Source: Eutreptiella sp. 'Long Island Sound 2002' (lineage: Eukaryota; Protista; Euglenida). From it: a stretch of 64,000 nucleotides of DNA. Positions 60,775 through 64,000 of this stretch are shown here, piece by piece. A model generated the notes under the pieces. That model made no database searches, was not told the origin of the DNA, and was given only the letters and a program-made list of their open reading frames with translations. How positions within the stretch are numbered: the first letter of the stretch is position 1; each line of letters opens with the position of its first letter. The stretch is from the NCBI GenBank assembly GCA_964036045.1, contig OZ038379.1, positions 58,404,001 through 58,468,000 on the forward strand, given 5' to 3'. The position numbers were made by a program, and so were the translations under genes.

Positions 60775-62519
60775 CACATCTCACAGCCCATGGCAGAAGC
60801 TTTCTTCGCAATTGCTTTTCTGGCGTCGCTTCCAGATTCAGCGTATCCGCGGCATCGAGGTCTCTTCTCAACTCTACGGAATGAATTGCCGGCATCAGTC
60901 ATAAGTGAGGAACAACTGTCAATACCAACAGCGTTCCACAAGCCTGCCAAATTCGTATGTGACGCATTGAGATGGCTGACAGCACGTGGAAGGATTGTTC
61001 ACATAGCAAGCATCTCCAAGACTCTCACGCCGTATGGGATGCTACTTACGGCGGTAGCGGATATCCAAATGGACATGGAAAAGACTTCCTTGGAGTATGT
61101 CCAGCTTGCAGTCATGAGATTACCAGCGCTTCTATACAATGTGCAGCTTGCCCCAACGCTGGGCACTTGCTGAGGACATGTGCAACCCACAGACCTGTAA
61201 AATGAAATATGCACAAAACTTGTGTCTGGCTGATTCATTTCTATATTTTTGGTGACTAAACCCTCCTTGCACCTCGTTCCTCAAGTAGGTTTGGGCCACG
61301 TAGCATAGCGGTCGTGGTGCCAGCCGATGCCTTGAAGACGTTGGTTCGATTCCCCAAAGGGGAATACAAGGAGGAGATGCGGCTCCCGTCGGCCGGCGGT
61401 ACCGGCGACGGGGAGCAATGCTGCAAGTGTGCTGTGCTTGGTGCTTCGTTTTTGTGTGTGGGTTGTTGTGCTCTGTTGCCTGCCTCAAGCTATATCTATG
61501 TGATCAGTGCGATGAGAGAAAAACTACGAGGACGAGACACGCCACCCATCCATCAGCGGTACCGCTGGTGGAGCGGGATGCTGAAGGGGGCGGTGGCGGC
61601 TACCTCGCCAACGGGCCCCTGGACGGACGGGCGAACCGGTGATCGAACCTCTAACGACGACGAGCGCCACCCATGGCGCATACCACTAGACCGTCCATGC
61701 CTCTTATGCTCTGTAGTGCAAAAGTGGTCCAAAATTGACACGTCTTCACCTACTATGACACACGATCATTCAACAATCCATTTATGAAGGGCTAAGAAGA
61801 GACCTCGATGTCGTGGATTCGACGACTCTCAAAGTGGTACGAGGGAATGCCCATGAAACCAGGCCACTGGCAGTAAAGAGCTACAAGAAGGGATGCCCAT
61901 GAAGCCGGGCCACTGCCAATAAAGAACGCAAAGAGGATGATCTATTGTTCGTGATCGTGTCCACTAATCCATTGCAAGATCGCGTAGTGACAGAGGAATC
62001 TCAGTTCTTCCAACCCTTTCATGCTGTACATGATGTTCTTTGCGCTGTCATTGTTTCCCGTCCTTTGTGCTTTGTTGCCTTTTGCTGCATTTTCTATCGC
62101 GACACCACGTATTCTTTTGAACCCCTCAAGTCATTGCAACTGTAATAATAACAAATAAACATTTGTGCTGGATGCTTTGTAATAACATGCGCTGACGTTG
62201 CATTCTTATCTGGGAGGAGGAGAACACTACCCCGGCATGTGCCATAGGTGGGTTGGAGTAACACCGTTCTCTATATCCCCGCGCGGTGATCATTTTTGTT
62301 CTCATCTGTCTAGTGCATGGTCTCTCCTTTCACCGCGAGGGGATGGTGTCATCTGTGGTGCCTGTGACTGCTGCCATATGTACCGAGAGAGTATGTGTGA
62401 AGGGGATGGGTGGGGAGGGGGGGGGGGGGAGGTTAGTGGACCGGGTCTCTGAGACCCGGTCATCTTCTGCTATCCAGAAGATCCGCGGTGTTTTTAAAAA
62501 ATTGCACCCGGGGAGTTGA

Positions 62520-62990
62520 CACAGGTGGGGGGGGGAGGGCACATGCTCACGAAGTCCAACAAAGTGAGGTGTCTCCCCTTTCTTACCACACCCGAGAGAC
62601 CCCCTTGGAAGCATGGCGGCTTCATCAAGCAAAAGGTTCATGGATACCTGTGTAGGTGTGACCACAAAGGCAAGGTACGGTACTAGGACCAAGGTATGCA
62701 CCGTTCCGTAGCAATTGAATGGCATGGTGCGCGCTCCCGGTATTTCAAGGACGGGGAATGCCTTAAGAGTCTTGCATGGTGGAACACATGCAGCAGAGGC
62801 CAACCACCTTGCACTTACAGGAAAGTGGCTAGATCGGTGTAACGCGAGTCGTATTGCAAATCCAACTGCGGCACCACGGATGACCCCAACAGTGACACAT
62901 AATGCTTCAATGACTGCCTACTGCCCATTTCATGGTCCATGTCCCGGCAAGAAAATTTCTTTGTCGCATGTCGGGTGTGTGACATTGGGT
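62520..62990 (-). mobile_element. 3' fragment of the same LINE family as 54067-54510
   Basis: Collinear with 54080-54510; for example CATGCTCACG(G/A)AGTCCAACAAAGTGAGGTGTCTCCCCTTTCTTACCACAC is shared. Confidence 0.75.
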
Positions 62991-64000
62991 AAGTGAGGGG
63001 CATTGGGTGTGTGAGGGACATTTGGTGTGTTAGGGGCATTGGTGTGTGATGGGCCTTGTGTGTGTGAGGGGCATTGGGTGTGTGAGGGGGGGCACTGGGT
63101 GTGTGAGGGGTAATGGGTGTGCGAGGGGAATGGGGTGTGTTAGGGGCATTGCCTGTGTGAGTGGCATTGAATGTGCAAGGCATTGGGTGTGTGAGTGGCA
63201 CTGGGTGTGTGAGGAGCGTTGGGTGTGTGAGGGACATTGGGTGTGTGAGGAGCATTGGGTGTGTGAGTGGCATTGGGTGTTTGAGTGGCATTGGGTGTGC
63301 GAGGGGAATGGGGTGTGTGAGGGGCATTGCGTGTGTGACGGGCAGTGGGTGTGGGGGGGGCATTGGGTTTGTGAGCGGCATTAGGTTTGTGAGGGGCATT
63401 GGGTGTGTGAGGGGCATGGGGTGTGTGAGGGGCATCGTGTTTGTGAGGGGCATTGGGTTTGTGAGGGGCATTGGCTGTGTGAGGGGCATTGGGTGTGTCA
63501 GGGGCATTGGTTGTGTCGGGAGATTGGGTGTGTGAGGTGCATTGGGTTTGTGAGGGGCATTGGCTGTGTGAGGGGCATTGGGTGCGTGAGGAGCATAGGG
63601 TGTGTGAGTGGCATTGGGTGTGTGAGTGGCATTGGGTGTGCGAGAGGAAAGGGATGTGTGAGGGACATGGAGTGTATGAGGGCCAGTGGGTGTGTGAGGG
63701 GTAATGGGTGCGCGAGGGGAATGGGGTGTGTTAGGGGCATTGCGTGTGTGAGTGGCTTTGGATGTGCCAGGCATTGGGTGTATGAGTGGCATTGACTGTG
63801 TGAGGAGCATTGGGTGTGTGACGGGCATTGGGTGTGTGAGGAGCATTGGGTGTGTGAGTGGCATTGGGTGTGCGAGGGGAATGGGATGTGTGAGGGACAT
63901 CGAGTGTGTGAGGGGCAGTGGGTGTGTGAGGGGCATTGGGTTTGTGAGGGGCATTGGGTGTGTGAGGGGCATTGCGTGTGTGAGGGAATTGCGTTTGTGA
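62991..64000. repeat. 18-bp G-rich minisatellite (GTGTGAGGGGCATTGGGT)n, running off the window
   Basis: Gives MPLTHP-type periodic ORFs; an internal ~590-bp duplication (63101 vs ~63692). Confidence 0.92.

Noticed and set aside
60790-61787. Plus-strand ORFs 60790-61173 and 61314-61787
   Set aside because: No recognisable motif or splice context.
62815-64000. 385-aa MPLTHP-repeat protein and its antisense ORFs
   Set aside because: By-product of an 18-bp (multiple of 3) minisatellite; open on both strands.
1-64000. rRNA, tRNA or structured ncRNA genes
   Set aside because: No conserved rRNA segments or cloverleaf/box motifs recognised by eye; a covariance-model scan would be needed to exclude them.

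Overview
Repeat-rich eukaryotic DNA with GT-AG introns; the taxon cannot be determined from the sequence, and I found no rRNA, tRNA or CRISPR. Left to right: (1) 1-6340 is a ~91-bp GC-rich satellite that switches orientation and carries exon-like islands, one resembling an extended SDR (DFR/CCR-type) reductase. (2) 9969-45523 is a giant fold-back: two divergently oriented, 5'-truncated copies of a multi-exon multi-pass membrane protein gene. They meet at a head-to-head junction inside an ~85-bp hairpin-rich satellite. The centre appears twice around a 200-N gap, probably an assembly redundancy. The right arm has a 3 x ~3.1-kb tandem triplication of an in-frame exon and ends in a 211-bp templated insertion. 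The introns hold a decayed DDE_Tnp_4 (Harbinger/ISL2EU/IS5-like) transposase. (3) 48592-51936 is an apparently intact 3345-bp piggyBac-like transposon with 14-bp TIRs and ATAT (not TTAA) flanks. It has an intact DDD transposase and a second spliced passenger gene with a predicted SH3/KOW-like barrel, whose intron is built from the element's own 73-bp repeat. This is the most novel-looking item. (4) 52070-62990 holds decayed APE-type non-LTR retrotransposons and a TMEM115-like exon, followed by an 18-bp G-rich minisatellite to the window end.
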